This document shows positions 1 through 11,237 of a DNA stretch of 64,000 nucleotides, one piece after another. The stretch's first letter is position 1; the number at the start of each line of letters is the position of its first letter. The notes beneath the pieces are model-generated. The model did not search any database and was not told where the DNA came from. It saw only the letters and a program-made list of their open reading frames with translations. This stretch comes from Octopus sinensis (lineage: Eukaryota). The position numbers were made by a program, and so were the translations under genes. Location of the stretch: the NCBI RefSeq assembly GCF_006345805.1, contig NC_042999.1, forward strand, positions 103,602,001 through 103,666,000, read 5' to 3'.

Positions 1-322
1 TATACGAGCTAACTTACAACCTATGAATTAGTGCCACATAGGTCTATAGAACAACACTGGATATCCCCAATAGCGATAACTCCCTTGGAGTACACCGGCG
101 CTAAACTAGCCGAGCCTACGGACACGTGTAAGCTATGTTAATAACTAATTATGAGACTTTAGATTCGACTAACTCTCTTCTCATCTATCCTACAACTGAT
201 TTGTTGAACTTTGAATCTAACTAAAATGTAAGACTATCGAATTATTGAACATTTTCTTTTTCCTGTTTTTTCCTTACACTTTCTTTCTCTCTATTCTCTT
301 TTTGTTTATTTTTGCCTTTTTC

Positions 323-399
323 GTTCTGATGATGTCTATCAATTACAACGAGGTAAATACATATTTACCCCAGCCTGATATACGGAAACAGCTGTAAAC
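323..399 (+). ncRNA. Candidate type I hammerhead ribozyme in the 3' end of another PLE-like element entering from the left
   Basis: CTGATGA 326-332; helix II tgtctatc/gatatacg with one mismatch; GAAA 385-388; palindromic CAGCTG; GUA triplet; helix I only gtt/aac. Preceded by a pyrimidine tract. Confidence 0.6.
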
Positions 400-793
400 T
401 TACTCTAACATACTCTCATCTTACTTAATTAAATAATGGCTTTATAACACCACTTCTCATTGTTATTTATTTCTCCATTTTCTTATCGGCTTTAGATATA
501 TATTAAACTACGGTTTACCTTTTAAATTACCTACAACTGTATACCTCATAACAAGGATCATACATACTGAGGTAATTACCAGCAGTACCTCTTGATACAT
601 CTACCCCTTAGATGTTTTAATATCTCTAACATATCTTATATATATACAAAAAGCAATAAAGATTCAAGTCAATTTTAATGAATTTACTTGAATATGGTAC
701 CTAACTTAGATGCACCAAAAAACTATACGGTTTTAACAATACAGTAATGTGGGGTGATTATAAGCGAGAAAGAAGCAACAAGAATGGATAAGT

Positions 794-884
794 TTTTAGT
801 ACAATCGTTTCATACAAAGACAGGCTTTATTAAAAGTTGCAAAAATTGCAGCATATAAACGTGTCCCGTACTCATCAGCTAAAA
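794..884 (-). ncRNA. Type I hammerhead ribozyme in the PLE 3' pseudo-LTR
   Basis: Minus strand reads ttttag-CTGATGA-gtacgggaca...tgtctttgtat-GAAA-cgattg-TA-ctaaaa. Six-bp helix I; predicted cleavage between 800 and 799. Confidence 0.85.
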
Positions 885-2370
885 TACATGTGAGTTCCCT
901 AGACATCTTAGTGGTTGAAGCTATACTCATGAAGTAATGTAGATAATTAAGTAACATAAACAGATTTCCAAAGTTCATTAAAGTTCTTTAAAGATGATGT
1001 ACAGTCTTATCACAGATTTTAAAAAAAGTTTTAATAGCATCACAGAGAAGGTGACTTAATCCATAGTGTACATATGAATTTCCAGAGATATGAGGAGGGA
1101 TTACATACTCACAGACAACAAATTTATCCATGGCTAATCACAACGAGGTGGGTATCAATTCCTGCTTATTAGCATTACAGAGAGGGTGAGTTAATCCTTT
1201 GTATAGATGCACAATTTCCAATGGTGTAGATGTAAATTTCCAGAGAAATGAAGAGGAATTTCATATTCACAGACGATAAATTTATCAATGGTTGAACACA
1301 ATGAGGTAGGTATCAATTCTTGCTATATGATTAGGTATTTGCCACATTAATCACATTACTGCTATTTTCAAGAGACTGTAGCTATATAACTTTTAAAGGC
1401 TGAAGGGCTTTCTAGAAATGCAAAGAACAGAAAGGGAAGGAAAGAGAGGAAAAGAGAGAAAATAAAGGAGGAGGGAGCAAAAAGGGGGGGAGACTAAAAG
1501 AGAAGAGAAAAGGAAAAAGAAAAAAGAAAAAAGAGAATAAGAAGAAGAAAAAAAAGAGAAAAGAGAAAGAAAAGAAAGAGGGAAAGAAGGGAGAAAAGAA
1601 AAAGAAGAAGAGGGTTCTAGTTATACAGAAGAATTAGTAGACGGCAAGTCTGGTTTTAATTTGCAGGCATCTAGGAACTAGAGGAGAATATTATTCCTTG
1701 ACCAGTAAAACAGCTAATTTATTGCTAACGTGACGCCGTTGAAAGCAGCTATGAATTTAAAGAGAATCTAAAGAGATAACAAGGTCAGGGGCATAGGGGT
1801 CAAAGGCTAAAATCAAAAGAAAATACATTAGGAAAATCTAAGTATAATCTTATCAAAAAGTCATTAAAATTTATTTATTTAATTTATTCTTTTTACTGTC
1901 TTAAGGAGTTGCCGTTATTATTCATACATTGACGGACTACAGGTCAAATCTTAGAAGATCATTTACAAGGTGTTAGGGAATTGTCTATCATAATGAAGAT
2001 ATTCATACTATCATCGAGGGAGTAGCCTTATTTATTTAATTTTGAAATAGAATTATGAGGCTTTAGTAACTTATTTTATTTTATTAAAGTTATGTTACTT
2101 AAATTAGATTAAGTTAAGAATTAAAAATTAAAAATTAAAATTAAGATTTAAAATTAATATTTAAAATTATGAATTTGAAATTAAATAAAGCTTCAATTAA
2201 GCAGTGTATAAGTACTATTTATTTCCCTGTTCTCAAAAAACTGATGCAGAAATAAGGAAAAAGAAAAAGATAACTGTAGTGTGAGAACTCTTAGTTATCT
2301 ACTTAAAGCAGTGCTATACTAGTAAAAATCAAGTTATATCTATCTATCTATCTAGTTACGAATATTCTAA

Positions 2371-3183
2371 TCATTTAAAATATTTTAAAGTCTTCAATTT
2401 AGCGTGGACACAAACTTGACCTAGTTCGATATGGTTATTCAATAAGTTTCTATGTTTTCTATGCTTTAGAATTTCATACGTCTCCATGGAGCATAGTTGG
2501 CAACCAACCCTGCTATTTTTATACGGAATTGCTCTCCTAACTATTTCCCAATTAAGGTTATAATTATTGTTATTATTTTTGAGTTCCCAGATTTTGTTTG
2601 AAAGTGTGGTGGTACCAGCTTTATGACGTAATTTAAAAGACGAGATGTGGTTTCTAACTCTGGCTAGAAAATTAATTGTACATCCAATGTAAAAATATTT
2701 GTTATTCTCCGTGGATATGGTACATTTATAGATTACGTTATTTTCCCCGCATAGACCAGGTGCCGGGCATTTTGATTTTATTCTACACTTACACACAGGA
2801 GGAACAACTTCAGGTTTTGGATTATTCTTGGGTAGATGTCTTAGGTTCCTATTATTTTGATTATCATGAGTATAATTGTCCTTATTGTTATTAATATTTT
2901 TATAGTTGGTGCTGATATCTAAAGTATTGCTATTATTTATTGATCCTTCTGTTTCATCTTTTAGGTCTAAAGTCCTACCATGATTTTTTATATTATTGGT
3001 AATGTTACTATTATTGTTAGTCTTTATATCCGACTGCATATTGTTGTTATAGATATCACTGATATTTTCATTCTCCGTATTTTCTCCATTAGCCTTATTT
3101 CTATTATTTCTATTATTAACATTATTACTTCTATTAATATCGGTATTGTTATTATTACTATTAATGTTAATGTTATTAGTCAT
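2371..3183 (-). CDS. GIY-YIG endonuclease part of the same element, in the +1 frame relative to RT
   Basis: VCKCRIKSKCPAPGLCGENNVIYKC..YFYIGCT..RVRNH..LSNKIWELK..WEIV..CQLC..E; preceded by about 120 aa of Asn-rich sequence. Confidence 0.9.
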   Translation of the reverse strand: MTNNININSNNNNTDINRSNNVNNRNNRNKANGENTENENISDIYNNNMQSDIKTNNNSNITNNIKNHGRTLDLKDETEGSINNSNTLDISTNYKNINNNKDNYTHDNQNNRNLRHLPKNNPKPEVVPPVCKCRIKSKCPAPGLCGENNVIYKCTISTENNKYFYIGCTINFLARVRNHISSFKLRHKAGTTTLSNKIWELKNNNNNYNLNWEIVRRAIPYKNSRVGCQLCSMETYEILKHRKHRNLLNNHIELGQVCVHAKLKTLKYFK

Positions 3184-3190
3184 TCTGTGG

Positions 3191-4399
3191 TTACTTGTTT
3201 TTATTGTTGGTAGTATTATTATAATTGCTATTGGTATTCATGCTGATATTATTATTTTTATTTCTATCTTCCCTGGCTAGTTTAATGTTGTTATTATTAA
3301 TCTTAGCTATTAAAGTGGACATATTTGGGAGGGTTGAATAAGAAATCCTAACTGTTTTCCTAGAAATAATTCTATGATATCTATGAGAGATTGGGAAATT
3401 TTTTTCTAGAATTACTTTGAATTTGTTCTGTATATCCGATTGTATCGCAAAGTTGAAAGGAATATTCTGCCATATTATATCTTTTTTATTAAATTTAGGG
3501 TTCGTAGAATTATTACTATTCATCTCACCAGAGTTATTGTATTTATTACCATTATTTTTATTTTTATTTGTGTGCATCTTTGGTTTATCTACTTCGATAT
3601 TATCCGAGTTACCTATGTTTTGGTCAATGCTTCTATTTGAATTGTTGGGCCTGTACGTTAGATTAGCGTTTACCGTTAATTTAATTCTACTTTTATTTCG
3701 GGCTTGGTCTGTATTGCTGCTTACGTGATTACTGATAACTTCTTTATTATTAGGAATACGTAAGTTCTCCTTATCAACGAATGTAATCTTTTGGTTGTAT
3801 CCTGCCTTAGTTAACGCCGCATTATAATGCTCAGAATGGGAGTTAAATATATCCTTATTGGATGATAATTTTGAAATTCTTAATGAAATATTTCTTACTA
3901 AAGATTCAATTATATTTGGGGGATGATTTGATAATTTATTTACGTAATTCGTGATTTCGCCTTCCTTTCTAAATGGGTAATGCAGCTTGGAGTTAAGGTC
4001 TAGCGTAATATCTAGGAAGTTAACTATTTTAGTGCCAGGTTCATACGTTATGCTGAGGTTGAAATCCTTAAAGAACTTATTAATTTTCTTTCTAATCCTT
4101 TCTATAATAGATTTATTATTACTAGGGATAACAAACAGAGCATCATCCCTATATAGACCCCCTTGTAGTTCCGGGATATCCTTGCTTATGCATTTTAATA
4201 GATATGCGCCTACTAGGTTGGTTACCTCAGCCGAATCACTGGAACCCATTGGTATATCAAAATAATTAGGTGTATCTGCTCTAGTCCATAATTTATCTTC
4301 AAATTCTATAAATGTCTTCCTAGCTAGTAGCACAATATTGATTTCTTCTCTAGATATGAGGGAGCGATTCATGGCAAATATTAGTGATTTGTTGAGCAA
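3191..4399 (-). CDS. Penelope-like reverse transcriptase, C-terminal part (motifs B'-E, thumb, Asn-rich linker); N-terminus lost by truncation
   Basis: 402-aa ORF containing ARKTFIEFEDKLW, FDIPMGSSDSAEV, YRDD, VNFLDITLDL, YVNKLSNHPP, YNAALTKAGY. The TTG start at 4399 is only the truncation point. Confidence 0.9.
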   Translation of the reverse strand: MLNKSLIFAMNRSLISREEINIVLLARKTFIEFEDKLWTRADTPNYFDIPMGSSDSAEVTNLVGAYLLKCISKDIPELQGGLYRDDALFVIPSNNKSIIERIRKKINKFFKDFNLSITYEPGTKIVNFLDITLDLNSKLHYPFRKEGEITNYVNKLSNHPPNIIESLVRNISLRISKLSSNKDIFNSHSEHYNAALTKAGYNQKITFVDKENLRIPNNKEVISNHVSSNTDQARNKSRIKLTVNANLTYRPNNSNRSIDQNIGNSDNIEVDKPKMHTNKNKNNGNKYNNSGEMNSNNSTNPKFNKKDIIWQNIPFNFAIQSDIQNKFKVILEKNFPISHRYHRIISRKTVRISYSTLPNMSTLIAKINNNNIKLAREDRNKNNNISMNTNSNYNNTTNNKNK

Positions 4400-4425
4400 A
4401 TCACATGTAATTTAGCTGATGAGTA

Positions 4426-4516
4426 TTTTAGCTGATGAGTACGGGACACGTTTATATGCTGCAATTTTTGCAACTTTTAATAAAGCCTGTATTTGTATGA
4501 AACGATTGTACTAAAA
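4426..4516 (+). ncRNA. Type I hammerhead ribozyme, inverted copy of 794-884
   Basis: ttttag 4426-31, CTGATGA 4432-38, GAAA 4499-4502, cgattg, TA 4509-10, ctaaaa 4511-16; one substitution versus the left copy. Confidence 0.85.
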
Positions 4517-4547
4517 ACTTATCCATTCTTGTTGCTTCTTTCTCGCG

Positions 4548-4605
<58 letters not shown>

Positions 4606-4673
4606 TATATAGTACAGAAATTCGGGGTGAGTACTTGATAATTGTATACACCAGCAAACGGTATATACAGGTG

Positions 4674-4752
<79 letters not shown>

Positions 4753-6666
4753 AGGATTTAACAAAAACATAAGGAACGGAAAATTTGACAAAAAACATAA
4801 CAAGCAGAGCATTTGACGAGAACATAACAAACAAAATTCGTAGCTAATTCCTCATCACTCAACGCCTAAAAGATCATTACAATTTCTCGCCGTTATCGTT
4901 GATATTATTCACTCTTTGTGGCGCCAATTGCAAAAAGCTACTGGGAATACCAAACGAACATACAGGACAATGACTAAAACAAACATGACAACTAAAATAG
5001 TTATAATAATTATACATATACGACAAAAACCGTACGGTTACCAGGCAGACAAATATGGGTAACGTAAAGGTAAATGAAAATGTCCTATAGGACTAGAACC
5101 AGAGGATGGCAGATAGAAAGTCAGCACGAAGGAAGAAATAAACAAACCGCGTAGGAAAAAGGTGAAGTACAAAGAAGCATGACCGGCCTGGTCAACGGCA
5201 AGGCAAAAAAAAAGGATGAGGTTTAGATAGTCATGGATTCGTGGTGGTGGGAGGAGGGAGAAAGAATCGTAGAGGGCAGGGGAACAAAGGCAACAGAGGA
5301 GCGTATTATGGGGAAAAGTGAGAGAAAGAGGAAGGTAAAAGAGAGCAAACAGAAAGAAAGGGACAGGATTAAACATGGCACAAAAATTTTTCCAAGAATA
5401 TTTTATAAAGGGTAAAAAATATAAGGAGTATGTTGCGTTACATAAATATTTGAAGGATTTAAGAAAAACACAACAAGCGGAAAATTCGTAGTTAATTCTT
5501 CATCAGTCAAAATCCAAAAGATCATTCCAATTTCCCACCATTATTGCTGATATTGTTCACTCTTGGTGGCAGCAGTTGTATGTATGTGTGTGTGTGTATG
5601 TTCGTATGTGTGTGTATGTATGTGTGTGAAAAAGGAGCACGAAAATACTACTCCCTTTATATTGGGCACATTTTAATTTTCCTTATATAAATACATTAAA
5701 AAAAGAATATTTTGGTTTTGCTTTACATGTTTAGGTTTTTGAAAAATCTTATCAACAATATGTACTAAAATGGAATATATAGAGAGAAAAGTGTTATTAA
5801 TAAATCCAATTAAAATTAACATTCATAGTTTACATTCCATTTTTCCTGCAAGAGCACGTGGTAATTTCCGTTAATTTTCGTGGCATGACAAGTTGAACTG
5901 TCTGTGACCGCAAATTACTAATATATGTGTGTGTGTATATATATATATATAGTTTTGGGACAACTGAGATGAAGATATTGTTTATTAAGGATTGCAACAT
6001 TTATTGTTTGTAATATTGTGTCAAAATTATCGTCGCTTCAAAATTATCACTGTTTTTATATGTGCATCGAAAAATGTGACACAAATGTTTCACAATGAAA
6101 TTTACGCGATAAAGATAAGATGAAAGAGCGAACTCAAACATGTTGAAAACCTTATCAGTTGTTGAACAAATATGATTACAATTTTGAAACCTTCTGACAA
6201 TAGAATATAATTTAATTTCGTAGTATCAGTAACGTAAGCAGCTGCAGCATAAACAAGTAGTTATGATAAACAAAGGAGAAAAATATGCAGACAATGACAG
6301 CACCAGGAAAAATAATGTGTGCAAGCCGAGTGGTAAATAATGGTAGTGAAGGGAACGGGAATAAGAGCAAAACTTCGTATACGCATAGACAAGGGCAGTA
6401 ACAGAATATCTAAGGCCAACGGACCATATGGCAAAGATTAACAGTAAGAAAAGGAGAAAATACAATGTAAAACTATATATGTATATAAATATATAATTTA
6501 GGTCGCTAGACGCAATTTTAAACTAAAAAGGAAATCATAATTCAACGTCACCAAGGGTGAAATGAGCACCGGCATTGCTAGAAATAAGTCATAGACTCTT
6601 TAGCCACATAAAGCACTGTTCTATTTGAACTGACAGGGGAACCAACCTCCGCACAGCGAGCAAATT

Positions 6667-6719
6667 GCATCAGATTAGCATGCTAGTTTCGTATAGAAAT
6701 TAATACTCATCAGTAATGC
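6667..6719 (-). ncRNA. Type I hammerhead ribozyme, solo pseudo-LTR fragment between TA tracts
   Basis: gcatta-CTGATGA-gtat-taatttct-atac-GAAA-ctagcatgctaa-TC-tgatgc. Near-palindromic 12-nt helix III with a C.A mismatch next to the cleavage triplet. Confidence 0.75.
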
Positions 6720-7077
6720 TCATTCCATTGCTAGTGGTGAAGCTTATATATATATATACATACATTCTTAAGTCCACCATTTCGTCAATCGCAGCGGCTT
6801 CCAAGCTTCGTCACAAATTCAGTTCTCAAGTAAATTGCAAACTGTTAATAGTTTTAAAGAGGACACCTTCTCAGCTACACTTTGGCATAAATAGTTTGAG
6901 ATTTGGTTCTTAGGTTTAAATGATAGAAAAATGCATGAGGAACTCAGAATCTCTAGTCGCATTGAACAAAAATTAGTAGAAAAAGAGTTATGAGGTAAAA
7001 GTAAGGAAGTAAGGGAGTAACGCTTAAGCAATAAGAATAATGAATATATTTTTAAAATGAATACTTTCTTTTTTTTA

Positions 7078-7170
7078 AGGCGGCGAACTGGCAGAAACGT
7101 TAGCGCGCCGGACGAAATGCTTCTCAGTATTTCGTCTGTCTTTACGTTTTTGAGTCCAAATTTCGCAGAC
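7078..7170 (+). mobile_element. tRNA-related SINE family B, 5' fragment
   Basis: ggcggcgaactggcagaaacgttagcgcgccggacgaaatgc head, shared with copies at 23.8, 35.9, 45.1, 49.5 and 61.3 kb. Confidence 0.7.
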
Positions 7171-8504
7171 TCTGACGTACAGATTATTTAATTAATTTCT
7201 TTTTTTAACTAAACACTTTCAAACTTCCGATACTGGTAGAATGTGTCACATAGAACAGGGTTTACTCTTAACGGTTTTGTATTTTAGAAGTTATTTCGTC
7301 AGAAGTTACAGAGTGACAAGGCACAAATTTGTGTTTGATACGTGCCAATACACGAAACTCTCAGCTTTTGACTTACTGTCTAGCTTCTGCCGATGATATA
7401 TATACATATTACATAAATGTGTAAAACAATTTTCATCACGCAATCGAACCAATGAAAAAGCCTCTAGTTGGTCGCTCGACACGCTAAAAATAGCAGCCAA
7501 AGTATCCCCCTACTTAAATCACACGCCCATTGTATGTAATGTCCTAGATTATCCCCTAAAAGGTCGGTTTGTTGAAGGCTGGAATGTCTTTGATGATAGG
7601 TTTGCAGTATCAGGGTTTATTTGAGGCTAAATAACAACAACATTAAGGTCAATTTCTATATTAACACGCATGATTTTTACGAAGAAAAAAATTTGATTTT
7701 TTACGTGGAATCAAGTACCCTGACCTCCTAATATGCTGCAAATCCCTTATTTTGCTTCGGAAAAAATGAGGTGGGGTTCCCCCACACACACACAATCCCG
7801 GAATCATTGTAAATTCTTTTTTCGTTGAATATTGCAATATTAGGTTACTTAAGGTGAGCCAGGTAACTGATGGTTTTGGGGTCTTGTTTTTAACTTTTGG
7901 AGAGCCATGGTGCAACCAACAACATGGTAAAAATCCCTGCCATTAATTTGGTGTTGATGGGTAGTATCAGATAATTCAATCACAAGATATATTTAAATTC
8001 AACATGAAAAAATTGAAATATTATCTTTCAGTATTTTATAAGGTAAAATCTTAAATTATTGACACATTATTAATTATCTTATAACAGCAATTCCTGGAGA
8101 AATCATGGATTACATGGAAAAATGCGAGCATGAAAAGTCATATTCAAATGAAATATGCAACCGAAAGAGCTAATAATAGTTTCCTGCTATTATAATACTT
8201 GAAGAAGCATATTCATAAAACATGCCATGTATCTTAAAGCAATCTCTCAGGGTCTGTTTATGCGTTATATATATATATATATATATATATATTATGTGAA
8301 ATAGAAAGATGAATAATCTTGTAGTAGATTAATCAAAAGTTTAACCGATACCTTAGTAGCAAAAATCACAGCAGTAAACAGCACGGTTGGAGGTACAACC
8401 ATCTGGCGTTGCAACCGTGCGTTGGTGCGGATAATTGAAATTAAAACATTATTGGTGAATTGAAGAAATGGAGCTGAACGCAGATTGAACAGAAATCGTT
8501 TTAT

Positions 8505-8591
8505 TTCATTCTACACGTGTTTCGAAAGGCACAAATTACCAAAATCCGATTGAATAATGGGACCATATTGTGTCTTTCTCTTCAGGAAGAA
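8505..8591 (-). ncRNA. Type I hammerhead ribozyme in the left palindrome arm
   Basis: Mirror of 9748-9834. Confidence 0.85.
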
Positions 8592-9747
8592 AAAAGGAAA
8601 TCCGTTGGAAAAACAAAAACAGAACAGAGGCGGAGCAAAAAACAAATCGAACTGTGCTCCTAAGAGCCCATGGCGAAACTGTTTATCAGTGTATGTTGAG
8701 AACCGGTGGCTGAAGAATTCAACGGGTCAGGCATCGGTCAATCATGTGGGTGAGGGTGTATAGATGTTCTTTGTGACCGAGAATAAAGTTCTGACTATTT
8801 AAAGAATATTGGATGTTTTATAAGGGGCGAGAAAAAATCTACTTAGAGACGTGTGTGTGTGTATACTGTTCTATATATGTGTGTGTTGGCGTAGGGGTAG
8901 AAAACATTTTTTGTGTACGTGTGTGCGTTTGATCGTTCGGCTGTCAGTGGCTACTGCCGTGATAACCGTTGGGTGGCAGAAAAAAAATAAAAAAATTATA
9001 TATATATATTATGTTTTATGTGTGTGTATGTTCATCTAAGCCTGCCTTGACAAGGAAACCTCCCGCTGTGAAAAAACCAAGCCCCGTTTGTCTTACAGGA
9101 GTAATTTCCCTTGCAGTGGTTAATCGTAGATATCTTAAAGGCTATTTCAGAATTTGTTACCAAGGGCTACCTTGGTAACAAATTCTGAAATAGCCTTTAA
9201 GATATCTACGATTAACCACTGCAAGGGAAATTACTCCTGTAAGACAAACGGGGCTTGGTTTTTTCACAGCGGGGGGTTTCCTTGTCAAGGCAGGCTTAGA
9301 TGAACATACACACACACACATAAAACATAATATATATATATAATTTTTTTATTTTTTTTCTGCCACCCAACGGTTATCACGGCAGTAGCCACTGACAGCC
9401 GAACGATCAAACGCACACACGTACACAAAAAATGTTTTCTACCCCTACGCCAACACACACATATATAGAACAGTATACACACACACACGTCTCTAAGTAG
9501 ATTTTTTCTCGCCCCTTATAAAACATCCAATATTCTTTAAATAGTCAGAACTTTATTCTCGGTCACAAAGAACATCTATACACCCTCACCCACATGATTG
9601 ACCGATGCCTGACCCGTTGAATTCTTCAGCCACCGGTTCTCAACATACACTGATAAACAGTTTCGCCATGGGCTCTTAGGAGCACAGTTCGATTTGTTTT
9701 TTGCTCCGCCTCTGTTCTGTTTTTGTTTTTCCAACGGATTTCCTTTT

Positions 9748-9834
9748 TTCTTCCTGAAGAGAAAGACACAATATGGTCCCATTATTCAATCGGATTTTGG
9801 TAATTTGTGCCTTTCGAAACACGTGTAGAATGAA
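9748..9834 (+). ncRNA. Type I hammerhead ribozyme in the right palindrome arm
   Basis: ttcttc-CTGAAGA-gaaagacaca...tgtgcctttc-GAAA-CACGTG-TA-gaatgaa; canonical G-C closing helix II, palindromic helix III, GUA triplet. Confidence 0.87.
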
Positions 9835-9892
9835 ATAAAACGATTTCTGTTCAATCTGCGTTCAGCTCCATTTCTTCAATTCACCAATAATG

Positions 9893-9938
<46 letters not shown>

Positions 9939-10679
9939 GATATGAAATTCTTTCGGCCACAAAATTAACGTTTGCGAATTAACGTTAATGGGAAGACTGG
10001 TGCCTTGTCTTCTTTTGGTATCTTGTGTTACATATTGAAAGGAGACATCTTATGTGAAATGCATCATTGAGTTGCTTTGACTCCGGAAGATGTGCTGGCG
10101 TTTAAAAACAGGCAAAGCAATTTTACTTTCAATTTTAGCGTTTGAGTCTACTGTAGAAGCAAGTTAGTCAAATAAAGTGACGTTTTTGATTGGGTCATCA
10201 TCAATTATTGTGACAAAGCTTAACTTCACTGTGGTGCTTTTGAGTTATGCTAATGAACAAATTCAGCTTTTGTAACACTAATTGTGTGACCTAAAGCTTT
10301 GCATTACTCGGAAAATCTATTTATTATTACCCTATTTTTTTCTTTCATCACACAATAACAATAACAATAACAATTTTGATGCCCAATGTTCTGATCATTT
10401 CCGTGTTTCAAATGGAACTAAATAAGGTTCCATTCATGCTCCTGTATTATTTGAAATCTCTCATGCTCAAATATGCGTTTCATGCTTGTCATGACTTCCT
10501 AACTGTACAGTTTCGCTCTAGCGCAGGTCTATTTTATGCAAAAAGGTGCAGTATGATGATTAAACAAGAGCTTCATTTGATACGGGAGTTACTTTCTGCA
10601 AATGATTGAGCACTAGTTCATTGTTTGGAACATATGTTGTAAGATATTTTAAATACAATACATACACACATACATATAT

Positions 10680-10721
<42 letters not shown>

Positions 10722-10887
10722 TGTATGTATGTATGTATATTCATGTATGTGTATAGAGATATATATACACAAGTAACTTCCACAAATTATTTATACTGTA
10801 TATAACTATTTGTAATATTTATTGATATTTATATATAAATATAATTTCAATAAATATATTACACATTTATATATACATATATATATA

Positions 10888-10957
<70 letters not shown>

Positions 10958-11202
10958 TGTATGTATAGAGAGAAACCGTATATATATATATATATAAATA
11001 TATATACATATTTATGCAAGTACATATTTGTCTATGTTTAATATATACCTATGTGTGTATATATATATATATATATATACACATAAATACATGTGTATTT
11101 ATGAATGTATATATGTGTGTGTGTATGTATGCGTGTATGCGCGCCTGTATATGCAAATATCCTCTGTTCCTCAATATATTTCTCTCTTTCTCTCTCTTTC
11201 TC

Positions 11203-11237
<35 letters not shown>

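Larger units (their letters stand above)
647..4546 (-). mobile_element. Penelope-like retroelement (C-terminal GIY-YIG type), 5'-truncated inside RT, with an inverted HHR-bearing pseudo-LTR at its 5' end; both ends abut (TA)n
   Basis: RT motifs (PMGSSDSAEVTNLVG, GLYRDD, VNFLDITL), CxC-x5-CP-x4-C linker and VIY..YIG endonuclease on the minus strand. 764-893 and 4401-4546 are inverted copies. TA tracts at 637-646 and from 4548. Confidence 0.93.
8445..9894. repeat. 1.45-kb near-perfect palindrome (arms 8445-9165 and 9170-9894, 4-nt loop GCTA)
   Basis: Arms are reverse complements; identical mirror ORFs 8557..8763 (+) and 9576..9782 (-). Differences seen are mainly CA/TG tract length and one G-run substitution. 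Confidence 0.97.

Noticed and set aside
796-978. 60-aa ORF in the PLE terminus
   Set aside because: Overlaps the HHR; no recognisable domain.
2356-2373. Selenocysteine read-through of the PLE TGA
   Set aside because: The TGA is terminal (TAA follows four codons later) and there is no internal in-frame TGA at Cys positions.
8557-9782. Identical 68-aa ORFs on opposite strands
   Set aside because: Consequence of the palindrome; they overlap the ribozyme and show no protein motif.
10498-10527. Minus-strand GAAA-CTGTACAG-TT half motif
   Set aside because: The CUGANGA core is absent; cannot be called from this copy.
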